This document shows, one piece after another, positions 10,464-20,016 of a stretch of 20,016 nucleotides of DNA. The DNA is taken from positions 1 to 20,016 of the forward strand of contig NW_021824026.1 in the NCBI RefSeq assembly GCF_006345805.1. The letters run 5' to 3'. Both the position numbers and the translations under genes were made by a program. This DNA is from Octopus sinensis. Its lineage: Eukaryota. Below the pieces are notes generated by a model. That model was not told the DNA's origin and searched no databases. It saw nothing but the letters and a program-made list of their open reading frames with translations. Numbering within the stretch: the stretch's first letter is position 1; every line of letters starts with the position of its first letter.

Positions 10464-10927
10464 AGCACATTTGGCGCCGTGTATTTGACGCGGCTTAATT
10501 AGCGTCACTGATTCAAGGCTGACTTATTTGGCAGCATACGTTTTAATGATTGTATCATTCTCTTCCACTCTCTTTTTCTTTTCTCCCCTCTCTCTTTATG
10601 ACAGCGAGAATATTTCTCTCAGGGAGGGGAGGGAAAGTGCATATGCTCATCGTATTACAAGTATAAATTGCAGATGGCGCAGGCGTGGTGCTGTGGGAAG
10701 AAGCTTGCGATTAAACCAGATGGTTCCGAGTTCAGTCCCACTATGTGACACCTTGGGCAACTGTCTCCAACTAAAGTCTTGTGCTCACATTTTGCGCATG
10801 GTTTTGTATATGTGTGCATGTGTGTGCGTGTATGGATGTGAGTGTTTGCCTCCAGTGCCAAAATATACCGTCACCAGTCAGCCGCGGCATATCTTCAACG
10901 CCCAAACGGCTGCACCAAATTGTCCCA
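10464..10927. mobile_element. Possible decayed non-autonomous DNA transposon with subterminal inverted motifs
   Basis: Left TTTGGCGCC/TTGACGCGG/TTTGGCAGC motifs versus right GTGCCAAA/GCCCAAA/GCACCAAAT motifs in inverted orientation. Confidence 0.3.
10676..10773 (+). mobile_element. Octopus SINE family A, 5' tRNA-like head
   Basis: GGCGCAGGCGTGG...GGTTCCGAGTTCAGTCCCACT...CCTTGGGCAA matches the head at 14299. Confidence 0.8.
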
Positions 10928-11298
10928 TGCAACTCAATTTAAGAGATATTTAACTATTATTTCTTGTAAAATCTTGAGACCAAGTATGAAGACTCATTCG
11001 TTGGTTTCATTTCAAATCCAGGTTGTGGAAGATTCACTTTGTTTGAAGTGCAGACACACAGTCATAATACTCTAAACAGCTTGCATTATTGTCACGTGTC
11101 TCTGGTATTAGAAGAAATTGTAGAATCTGAAGATTGTGGATATTTTCAAGAGTTTACAAAGGAATTGTAATATATTGGAATTAATAGAATAGACATACTG
11201 GCATCAACTCTGCTCGAAGCTTAACAAGAATAAAGTCTGAGTCTATTTAAGCTTTATGGAGAATTGTTTGCATATGGACGTATGTATACATATATGTA

Positions 11299-11362
<64 letters not shown>

Positions 11363-11363
11363 C

Positions 11364-11438
<75 letters not shown>

Positions 11439-11439
11439 C

Positions 11440-11486
<47 letters not shown>

Positions 11487-11487
11487 C

Positions 11488-11521
<34 letters not shown>

Positions 11522-11525
11522 TTAT

Positions 11526-11565
<40 letters not shown>

Positions 11566-11688
11566 ATGTATGTATATGTATCTTTACATGTATATATGTA
11601 TGTGTATATACACTCTTCTACCTACCTTCCTATTTATCTATCTATCTATCAGTTTGTCTATCTGTCTTTCTATCTATTTAGCAAGCTA

Positions 11689-11735
<47 letters not shown>

Positions 11736-11835
11736 GTCTGTCTGTCTGTCTGTCTGTCTGTCCTCCCTGTCTCTCTGTTTGTCTATCTATCTATCCATCC
11801 ACCCATCCATTAATCTATCTATCTGTCCATCTATC
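11299..11835. repeat. (TCTA)n/(TCTG)n/(TCCA)n microsatellite
   Basis: Direct reading. Confidence 0.95.
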
Positions 11836-12039
11836 TATGCAATATATTTATCTATCCGTGAGTGTATGCCTGTGTGTCGGTGTACACACGTGCCCACACG
11901 CATAGATGCACTCATCGACACACCCACACACCCACATACCCACATGCCCACTCTGTAAAAACTTATATTATAAGGAATTATCAGAACATTTAAAAAGTCG
12001 CACACAGTACGTTATTGATTCTTTTGGATTTTCGGGTCA

Positions 12040-12120
12040 CTGAGTTCAAATCCTGCGAAGGTCAACTTACTTTCTCATCGTTCGAGGGTCAATAAATAAA
12101 GTACTAGTAGAATCTCGGGT
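12040..12120 (+). mobile_element. SINE family B core fragment (diverged)
   Basis: GAGTTCAAATCC...AGGTCAACTT.CTTTC.CATC.TTCG.GGGTC.ATAAATAAAGTAC aligns to 13598-13660. Confidence 0.7.
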
Positions 12121-12415
12121 GAAATTTTTTTCTTTTCTTTCTCTTTTTCTCTCTGGATTGTATCTGTATACGAAGAATCCATACTTGTTAAACTGTTCCA
12201 CACTGGTTCCGACCCAGGCTTGTATGAGCTAAATGGTTGAATATTCGATGGCTACCATGGAATATTCAACCGCTTATCCATTAATTTTAGGTGCAGGAAT
12301 TCAAATAATCGGACCAAAGAATGTTAATCGCATCGTTGAAATCGATGGAGAATTTAAAATCTATATCCAATATATTTTATAACAAGTTACGAGGCTCCCG
12401 AGTCAGATTTGGGTA

Positions 12416-12808
12416 TACTCTTTTACTTGTTTCAACCATTTGACTGTGGCCATGCTGGAGTACCGCCTCTAATCGAGCAAATCGACCTCAGGACTTATTC
12501 TTTGTAAACCTGGTACTTATTCTATCGGTCTTTTTTTGTCGAATCGCTAAGTTACTGGGACGTAAACAAACCAGCATCGGTTGTGAAGCGATGTTGAGGG
12601 GACAAACGCAGACACACAAACGTATACACACACATACATATAAACATATACACAACGGGCTTCTTTCAGTTTCCGTCTACCAAATCCACTCACAAGGTTT
12701 TGGTCGACTCGAGACTATAGTAGAAGACACTTGCCCAAGATACCGCGCGGTAGGACTGAACCCGGAACCATGTGGTTGGTAAGCAAGTTTCTTACCACAC
12801 AGCCACTC
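12416..12808 (-). mobile_element. Octopus SINE family A, near full length
   Basis: Reverse complement aligns along 14299-14707, including the B-box-like GGTTCAGTCC and the TAAAAGAG tail. Confidence 0.92.
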
Positions 12809-12844
12809 GACAGCAAATATTACCACGGAATATTTCTATTGGAT

Positions 12845-13193
12845 AAAGGGTAAAGACCCACGTCACTCATGAATGACCATTGTATTGCACTTAGAAAGTC
12901 CCCCACCACCACCACCGAAACACAAGTCCGGGCAACGTCGTTTATGGAAGACCAGGAGTCACCCATGCATACTTGCTTCCCTTCTCCACACCGCTGATGT
13001 TATCCAAGGGAAAAGCAAAGGGGCCGGTACAGCTTGGCACCAGTGACGGCTCAACTCGTTTCTATAGCTGAGTGAACTGGTGCAATGTGAAATAAAGTGT
13101 CTTGCTCAAGAACACAATACAGAGCCCGGTCTGGGAAACGAGCTCACTACCTCATGACTGTGAACCTGACGCTCTAACCACTGAGCCATTACC
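12845..13193 (-). mobile_element. tRNA-derived SINE family D with MetaSINE-like core
   Basis: Minus head TGGCTCAGTGGTTAGAGCG (A box). Core TGTGTTCTTGAGCAAGACACTTTATTTCAC.TTGC.CCAGT.CACTCAGCT is shared with 17262-17520 but has a different 3' tail ending in CTTTACCCTTTA. Confidence 0.8.
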
Positions 13194-13343
13194 TTCCGTT
13201 TGATGCCTTTTTGTTGTCTCTCTTTTTATTAGCCACACTTTGTTTTAGACGGAGAACGGGACGGAGAAATGTGTGAGACTGGGTTGAGATGTATGTACGT
13301 AGTAATGAAAAAAAAATGGAACACTGGTCCTTCAAAAGCTATA

Positions 13344-13757
13344 AGCGGCGAGCTGGCAGAATCGTTAGCACGCCGGGCGAAATGCTTAGCGGTATTTCGT
13401 CTGCCGTTACGTTCTGATTTCAAATTCCGCCGAGGTCGACTTTGCCTTTCATCTTTCGGTCGATTAAAATAAGTACCAGTTACGCACTGGGATCGATATG
13501 ATCGACTTAATCCGTTTGTCTGTCCTTGTTTGTCCTCTCTGTGTTTATCCCCTTGTGGGTAGTAAAGAAATAGGTATTTCGTCTGCCGCTACGTTCTGAG
13601 TTTAAATTCCGCCGAGGTCGACTTTGCCTTTCATACTTTCGGGGTCGATAAATAAAGTACCAGTTACGCACTGGGGTCGATGTAATCGACTTAATCCGTT
13701 TGTCTGTCCTTGTTTGTCCCCTTTATGCTAAGCCCCTTGTGGGTAGTAAAGAAAATA
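13344..13757 (+). mobile_element. SINE family B (Nin/Deu-like core): full unit plus tandem 5'-truncated second unit
   Basis: GCGGCGAGCTGGCAGAATCGTTAGC head and core GACTTTGCCTTTCATC.TTTCGGGGTCGATAAATAAAGTACCAG. Unit 2 restarts at GTATTTCGTCTGCC (13574). Confidence 0.92.
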
Positions 13758-13844
13758 TAAACTCATATAAGGCGGGTCTCTCGGATTTTGTGGCGTATAA
13801 ATACACTTACCTGTCTTGACAGGACACCTGTCCGTCGCAAGGTT

Positions 13845-13945
13845 ATTCATTCCTGCTGCGTGGGGCGAGGCAACGTGACACAACATACAGCCCGGTCCAG
13901 GAATCGAAGCCACTACCTTACGATACTAAGTCTAACATTCTAACC
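13845..13945 (-). mobile_element. Diverged SINE family D head
   Basis: CAACATACAGCCCGGTCCAGGAATCGAA.CCACTACCTTACGA...TCTAACCA aligns with 13115-13180. Confidence 0.65.
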
Positions 13946-13947
13946 AT

Positions 13948-14090
13948 ATGTGTGTGCTTGTGGATGCGTGCGTGTACATCTGTGTGTGTGTGTGAGTGCC
14001 TCTGTGTGTGTGAGAGTGCGTGTGAGTGTGTGAGTCCGTGTGTATGTGAGTGCGCATGTATATATATATGTGTTTGTGTGCGTGTGTGTA
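13948..14090. repeat. Degenerate (GT)n tract
   Basis: Direct reading. Confidence 0.9.
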
Positions 14091-14280
14091 TTTCGCTTGA
14101 TAACCGATATTGGTGTGTTGATGTCCCCGAAGCTTAACGGTTCGGCAAAATACAGCTATAGAATAGTATTAGGCTTACAAATAATAAGTACTGGGGTTGA
14201 ACTGTTCGACTAGAGGCGGTGCACCAGCATGGCCGCAGTCAAATGACGGAAACAAGTAAAAGAATAATAGAATAAAAGAA
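14091..14280 (+). mobile_element. SINE family A, 3' half
   Basis: Aligns with 14528-14700. Confidence 0.88.
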
Positions 14281-14298
14281 TATATATACATATATATA

Positions 14299-14707
14299 GG
14301 CGCAGGAGTGGTTGTGTGGTAAGTAGCTTGCTAACCAACCCCATGGTTCCGGGTTCAGTCCCACTGCGTGGCATCTTGGGCAAGTGTCTTCTGCTATAGC
14401 CCCGGGCCGATCAATGCCTTGTGAGTGGATTTGGTAGACGGAAACTGAAAGAAGCCTGTCGTATATATGTATATATATCTGTGGGTGTATGTTGTGGTTG
14501 TGTGGTGCTGTTTGTCCCCCCTAGCATTGCTTGACAACCGATGCTGGTGTGTTTACGTCCCCGTCACTTAGCGGTTTGGCAAAAGTGACAGATAGAATAA
14601 GTACTGGGCTTACAAAGAATAAGTCCCGGGGTCGATTTGCTCGACTAAAGGCGGCGCTCCAGCATAGACGCAGTCAAATGACTGAAACAAGTAAAAGAGA
14701 AAAGCGA
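14299..14707 (+). mobile_element. Octopus SINE family A, full length
   Basis: tRNA-like head with A/B-box-like motifs (TGTGTGGTAAG, GGTTCAGTCC), CTTGGGCAAG core, internal TA/GT linker, conserved 3' half and AAAAGAG tail. Flanked by TA tracts. Confidence 0.95.
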
Positions 14708-14710
14708 AAA

Positions 14711-14839
14711 AATATATATACATACACATACATATATATTCACATATATACATGCATACATATATAGACATATACACATGCATACGTACACACACAGATA
14801 TATATACAGACACACATATATATGTATATATACGTATAC

Positions 14840-14870
<31 letters not shown>

Positions 14871-15505
14871 ATACACACACACAACCACACACACACACAC
14901 ACATACACACACACACATATATATATCTATATATATATATATATATACATACATATAGAATATATTATATATATATATATGCATTGTGTGTATATATACA
15001 TATAACAGATGTAATGCATTTAATATATACATATCACATAATTTCTTCTTGTCTCTGCCAGGCAATCTGATTGTGTACCTCTCCACACACACACATACAC
15101 ACACACACAGTCACTCACACACACATACACACACTTACTCATATACACACACAAAATATACGAGCCCAGACATATCTCCACATGTATTTACATACGTACA
15201 GAACACATAAATACGCAACCCACACGCACACATACACACATATGCATATATATATATATCTATTATATTTAATATATATTACATTATATTTAATGTATAC
15301 ACACACACACACATGATTGGTGATGTCACCGTGGATTTTCTACTTAGGTTTACACACATACATTTATACATACGTGCGTTGATGCACATACACATAATTA
15401 AATATATACATTCATATGTGCCTAAATGCAACCGTACATATATATTAAATATAGATCCATCCATACACACACATAAACACACACACATATAAACACAAAC
15501 ACACA
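14711..15505. repeat. Compound (TA)/(CA) low-complexity tract
   Basis: Direct reading. Confidence 0.88.
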
Positions 15506-15728
15506 CAGGCCCGCAGACACACTTGCACGTACGTTCGCATAAACAATGCGCAGCTTTGATCGGCTGCTCAGAACTACAGTGTGAAAAGCTTCGCTGGAAT
15601 TAATGGACCGCTCTTGGCCAAGCTGACAACAAGTGTCACACTTTCCCACGCTTAACAAAAGCTCACCATTTTCTAGCATCATCGATGCCATTTCTTCATC
15701 CAGGAAGCTAGCCAGGCAGTCCCCCAGT

Positions 15729-15910
15729 CAACCAACAGCCAAACCCGGCAACCAGTCATTCAAACCAGCCAGCCAGCCAGCCAGTCGGCTGGATAAAGAT
15801 TTACATCAGGCAGGTTACCAGATCGACTTACCAGCCGCCTGACCAGCCTACAAGGCATGCTTGTGCTGAGTCGGCGGGCTGGTTGGCTGGGTGGTTGGTT
15901 GGTTGGTGGT
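15729..15910. repeat. (CCAG/CCAA)n motifs followed by complementary (CTGG/TTGG)n motifs
   Basis: CCAGCCAGCCAGCCAG near 15765-15784; GGCTGGTTGGCTGGGTGGTTGGTTGGTTGG near 15877-15906. Confidence 0.7.
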
Positions 15911-15944
15911 TTGTGGATCCTATAAGCAACGGACATGTCTTATA

Positions 15945-16209
15945 TACTCTTTTGCTCTTTTACTCTTTTACTTGTTTCAGTCATTTGACTGCGGCCATGC
16001 TGGAGCACCGCTTTTATTCGAGCAAATAGACCCCAGGACTTATTCTTTGTAGCCTAGTACTTATTCTATCGGTCTCTTTTTGCCGAACCGCTAAGTTACG
16101 GGGACGTAAACCACACCAGCATCGGTTGACAACGGTTGGGGGGACAAAACAGACACACCCACACCACATACACACATACATACACACCACACACACCCAC
16201 ACACACACA

Positions 16210-16251
<42 letters not shown>

Positions 16252-16428
16252 CTATCACATACATATATACGACGGGATTCTTTCAGTTTTCCGTCTACCA
16301 AATCTACTCACAAGGTTTTGGTCGGCCCGAGGCTATAGTAGAAGACACTGGCCCAAGGTGTCACGCAATGAGACTGAACCCAGAACCATGTGGTTGCAAG
16401 TTACTTACGACACAGCCACTCCTGCGCC
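15945..16428 (-). mobile_element. Octopus SINE family A, full length with expanded internal microsatellite
   Basis: Reverse complement of the 14299 element; the plus strand ends in CACAGCCACTCCTGCGCC. Confidence 0.95.
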
Positions 16429-16435
16429 TATTTGC

Positions 16436-16600
16436 ACATGCTTTCAGTTTTTGGACTTCGGTCATGCTGGAACACCACTTTGAAAGGCTTAGTGGAACAA
16501 ATCGGCCTCATGACACTATTTTGTTAAGTCTGGTATATATTCTATCGTCATGTCTTTGACGAACCGCTGGATTAGTGGGATGTAAACAAACCAACGGTTC
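16436..16600 (-). mobile_element. SINE family A, old 3' half
   Basis: GGTCATGCTGGAACACC...GAACCGCT...GGGATGTAAACAAACCAAC. Confidence 0.7.
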
Positions 16601-16779
16601 TCGGTACTCCTCTCACTGTAGTGAAGGTTAAAACCCATACACAAAGACAATCATATAGATATACACATACATACATACGTACATACATACATATATATGC
16701 GTGTGCGTGTGTGTATAGATATGCATATATATATCTATATATACTACATACATGCAACATACATACATACATACATACA

Positions 16780-16833
<54 letters not shown>

Positions 16834-16834
16834 A

Positions 16835-17060
16835 TCTTTTATTCTTATACTTGTTTCAGTCCTTTGACTGCGGCCATGCTGGAGCACCGCCTTTAATCGA
16901 AGAAATCAACCCCAGTCTTATTCTTTGTAAGCCAAGCACTTATTCTATCGATAACATTTGCCGAACCGCTAAGTTACGGGGACGTGAACACACCAACATC
17001 GGTTGTCAAGCGATGGTGTGTGTGTGTGTGTGTGGGGGGACAAACGCAGACACAAACACA
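16835..17060 (-). mobile_element. SINE family A, 3' half
   Basis: Closely matches 15960-16150. Confidence 0.9.
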
Positions 17061-17261
17061 CACACACATACACACTTATATACATACACACACACACACA
17101 CGCATATAATATCAGCCGATACTACGATGATGGTCTTATGAAAGACTGAGGGTTCAAATGTCCGTCCATGTGTTATTGTATCGTCTTCTAAGTTATACGT
17201 ACTTGTCCATGTGTAATTCTACATACCTTATATATATATATATACACATATATATATGTAC

Positions 17262-17520
17262 TTGGCTCACGATCGTAAGGTCGTGAGTTCATTTCCAAGT
17301 GACGCGTTGTATCCTTGAGCAAGGTACTTTACTTCACGTTACTCCTCTCCATTCAACTGGCATAGGTGAGTACTACCTCTGTTTCAAATGGCCAGCCTTA
17401 TCACATTCTGTGAATCTCCCTGAGAACTATGTGAAATGGTACGCCTCTCTGTAGAGTGCTCAGCCACTGCACGTTAATTTTACGAGCAAGGTGTTCCGCT
17501 GATCGTAACCGACGGAGGCT
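17262..17520 (+). mobile_element. tRNA-derived SINE family C with MetaSINE-like core
   Basis: CTCACGATCGTAAGGTCGTGAGTTCA head remnant, TCCTTGAGCAAG..ACTTTACTTCACGTT core and a distinct tail ending GTAACCGACGGAG. Confidence 0.75.
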
Positions 17521-17529
17521 CATGTTACA

Positions 17530-17531
17530 TA

Positions 17532-17565
<34 letters not shown>

Positions 17566-17590
17566 CTATATATCTATATATATAATATAA

Positions 17591-17621
<31 letters not shown>

Positions 17622-17632
17622 ATACCTATATA
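17530..17632. repeat. (TA)n microsatellite
   Basis: Direct reading. Confidence 0.93.
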
Positions 17633-17634
17633 TC

Positions 17635-17790
17635 GTTCAAATTTACAGAAAATTTATAAATTTACGAAGACAGGTGTTATTAGTTTTTTACGCTCAGGGA
17701 GAATGGAAATGTCTCGTACGTTTCGAGCCTACGCTCTTCGACAGAAAGATTGAAAAGGAGTGAGAATGAAAAAAAATAATAAAAAGAAAA
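17635..17790 (-). mobile_element. Short hammerhead-bearing repeat, copy 2
   Basis: Homologous to 8011-8170; its 3' end abuts (TA)n. The 5' limit is uncertain. Confidence 0.7.
17712..17749 (-). ncRNA. Minimal hammerhead-like motif with variant core
   Basis: Minus strand reads TCTTT-CTGTCGA-A-GAGC-GTAG-GCTC-GAAA-CG-TA-CGAGA. Confidence 0.6.
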
Positions 17791-17919
17791 CGTAGTGAGA
17801 AAAAATATGTGTCGGGATTAATAGTTCAACATGATGAAATAGCCAGAAGAGGCTGAATCAAAGGGTGATAATAACGGCGACCCAGATGAACACACACACA
17901 CACACACACACATATATAA

Positions 17920-18556
17920 GGCGCAGGCGTGGCTGTGTGGTAAGTAGCTTGCTTACCAACCACATGTTTCCGGGTTCAGTCCTACTGCGTGGAACCTTGG
18001 GAAAGCGTCTACTAATATATATTTCTTTACTACCCACAAGGGGCTAAACACAGAGGAGACAAACAAGGACAGACAAAGGGATTAAGTCGATTACATCGAC
18101 CCCAGTGTGTAACTGGTACTTAATTTATCGACCCCGGAAGGATGAAAGGCAAAGTCGACCTTGGCGGAATTTGAACTCGGAACGTAACGGCAGACGAAAT
18201 ACGGCAACGCATTTCGCCCGGCGTGCTAACGTTTCTGCCAGCTCGCCGCCTTCTACTAATATAACCACCGGACGACCAAAGCCTTATGAGTGGATCTGGT
18301 AGATGGAAGCTGAAAGAAGCCCGTCGTATATATATGTGTGTGTGTGTGTGTTTGTGTGTCTGTGTTTGTCCCCTCACCATAGCTTGACAACTGATGCTGG
18401 TGTGTTTACATCTCCGTAACGTAACGGTGTGGTAAAATAGACTGATAGAATAAGTACTAGGCTTACAAAGAATAAGTTCTGGGGTTGATTTGGTCGCCCA
18501 AAGGCGGTGCTTCAGCATGGCCGCAGTCAAATGACTGAAACAAAAGAATAAAAGAA
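17920..18556 (+). mobile_element. SINE family A interrupted by a family B insertion
   Basis: Head at 17920-18019; the element resumes at 18252 and runs to the tail at ~18556. Confidence 0.93.
18020..18251 (-). mobile_element. SINE family B, full length, with 12-bp TSD
   Basis: Reverse complement of 13344-13573. TSD TCTACTAATATA at 18008-18019 and 18252-18263. Confidence 0.95.
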
Positions 18557-18574
18557 AAAATATATATATATATT

Positions 18575-19170
18575 ATATTAGGGAATATTATTCCAAACTT
18601 ACTGGGAAAATTCAATTTAGTAGTACTAAATCAAATTTCACAATAATACATGTATATAAATTAGAGAAGAATGACCATGTAGCAATTCAACAATGATATA
18701 CTTAAATTATTCCTTATAGAAAAAAATTAAAGATACGATAAAATATTTACTTAGAACTAAATAAAGTACGAAATAATAAATAAACAGTATATAATTAGTA
18801 AATAGAATACACGTGTTTCGTGGCTATATTAACAAACTGATAAAAATATAATAAATTCAATTTAAATATAGTCACTTATCAGGTCGAAGATAAAAACAAT
18901 AAAATAAGTAAATAAATGTACGTATATTATCTTATAAGAAAATATAAATATATATAAAATATGTAATTTTACAATAAAAACCGAACAAATTTCAACAATA
19001 TATCTTTGTTTTTGCTTTGGGTTCACCCTATCTTCGTTAATTCTGTAAATTCGGGTTATGGCCACCATTGGATTTCCACATGAACATTGGCTGTCCATAC
19101 ACGATTTTGTTGTTAATACTTACGTGCAACAGACTGCTTATACTCCACAAAATATTTAAACAATTTTTAA
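18575..19170 (-). mobile_element. Penelope-like element 3' end relic (GIY-YIG C-terminus, hammerhead, AT-rich tail)
   Basis: Minus-strand peptides NILWSI, VARKY*QQNRV and KNKDILLKFVRFLL* resemble the PLE endonuclease tail (I.WSI...A..Y.....C...LNKRSEI..KC). An HHR motif follows, and the element ends at a short TA run. Confidence 0.55.
18802..18888 (-). ncRNA. Hammerhead relic
   Basis: Minus strand reads TTCGAC-CTGATAA-GTGACTATATT...AATATAGCCAC-GAAA-CACGTG-TA. Helix II has 10/11 pairs and helix III is the palindrome ACACGTGT. G8>A in the core; helix I is decayed. Confidence 0.6.
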
Positions 19171-19174
19171 AATA

Positions 19175-19295
19175 TAGTTCTTAATAATATTTAGTTATAA
19201 AAATATAGTGGTATATGTTAAACTTTCAAATAGGTCCAGTAGAGTAAAACAATAATTAGAAGGTCCCACAGGCAAAAATGGTTGAGAAGTAACTG
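19175..19295 (+). mobile_element. Possible hAT-type MITE right end
   Basis: GGTCC...AAAAATGGTTGAGAAGTAACTG resembles the reverse complement of the Charlie-type TIR CAGTGGTTCTCAACC. No left TIR found. Confidence 0.35.
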
Positions 19296-19529
19296 CTCTA
19301 AATGGTATTAAAACAATATTTTATTCTATATTATTCCATTTTTTTTTTTTACTAAACCACTGAATTTACATTTGAATACGTATGATTTTTGAAAATATAT
19401 TTTTTCTGGCCTTTTCTGCACTTTAGTAAAAGGTTATGGCTTAAAAAGAAAAATCAATATGCATTTTGAAAAATCAAGCAATTAATTTGTACGTTTCCGC
19501 TTACGTGTATATTGCAAACCCCAGTTTAT

Positions 19530-19680
19530 AACATCTACCGAACATCTGTTTATTTAATTTCACCAGTGACAAGTAACTACTTTTAAAAACCCCGTTTCGT
19601 TTGTGGAAGCACTAAGAATGAAAACTATTTTGGAAAATTCTCATTCAATATCCCTAAATTTAGCAAATCCACGGTATTTG
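19530..19680 (-). mobile_element. Possible hAT transposase dimerisation-domain relic
   Basis: Minus frame ENFPK*FSFLVLPQTKRGF*...IK*TDVR resembles FPxL...LxLP....ERGFS....K...R. Confidence 0.3.
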
Positions 19681-20016
19681 TTGCTTGTTGCACATCTGAC
19701 AAAAAAAAAAAAAAAGCAGAAAATGGATTATTTTCATCATTCTTCTCTAATTAATGAGATATCATCAAGACTTCATCTATATTTAAATTTTCTCAGTTTT
19801 AAAACGTCAACGATTCCAACACGCTGTTGTTATTTTGGAAATGCTTTGTCTAAAAAATGTGAAATTTTAAATTTTTCAAATGTTGAATAATCTGAAAATA
19901 GTTAAATCTCTTTTCGCTGATATCCAATCGCAGAATTGTAAAACAATTTGAAGTCTTTAATCATCTACTTAGTCTATGTTGTACTAACATTTTGAGAATG
20001 TTGCCAAACTTGATAG

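Noticed and set aside
11120-11180. CTGAAGA as a hammerhead core
   Set aside because: No GAAA-palindrome-UH segment in register.
14299-14370. tRNA gene
   Set aside because: It is the tRNA-derived head of a SINE, continuous with the SINE body; no complete cloverleaf.
17120-17170. CGATGA-TGGTCTT...AAGACT-GAGG hammerhead-like hairpin
   Set aside because: Both core strands deviate and there is no helix I or III.

Overview
This is AT-rich eukaryotic non-genic DNA (intergenic or intronic), most likely from an octopod cephalopod. That assignment rests on the recognisable octopus tRNA-derived SINE families and the very high microsatellite load. No intact host gene is supportable, and most ORFs in the track are microsatellite artefacts. 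Clear content: a frameshifted, doubly truncated Tx1/L1-clade LINE reverse-transcriptase fragment (~1808-3144), a Helitron PIF1-like helicase fragment (~9846-10110, minus), about 15 SINE copies or fragments of four families (one nested with a 12-bp TSD, one tandem dimer), weak hAT and LINE relics, and many long microsatellites. The main unannotated signal is about nine type I hammerhead-ribozyme-like motifs on both strands (CUGANGA...GAAA-palindrome-GUH closed by helix I). They belong to several distinct families and include an inverted pair and a two-copy family with a non-canonical core. Six of the nine run 3' into a (TA)n tract, and two follow probable Penelope GIY-YIG C-terminal remnants. 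All ribozyme calls are by-eye pairings, and activity is untested.
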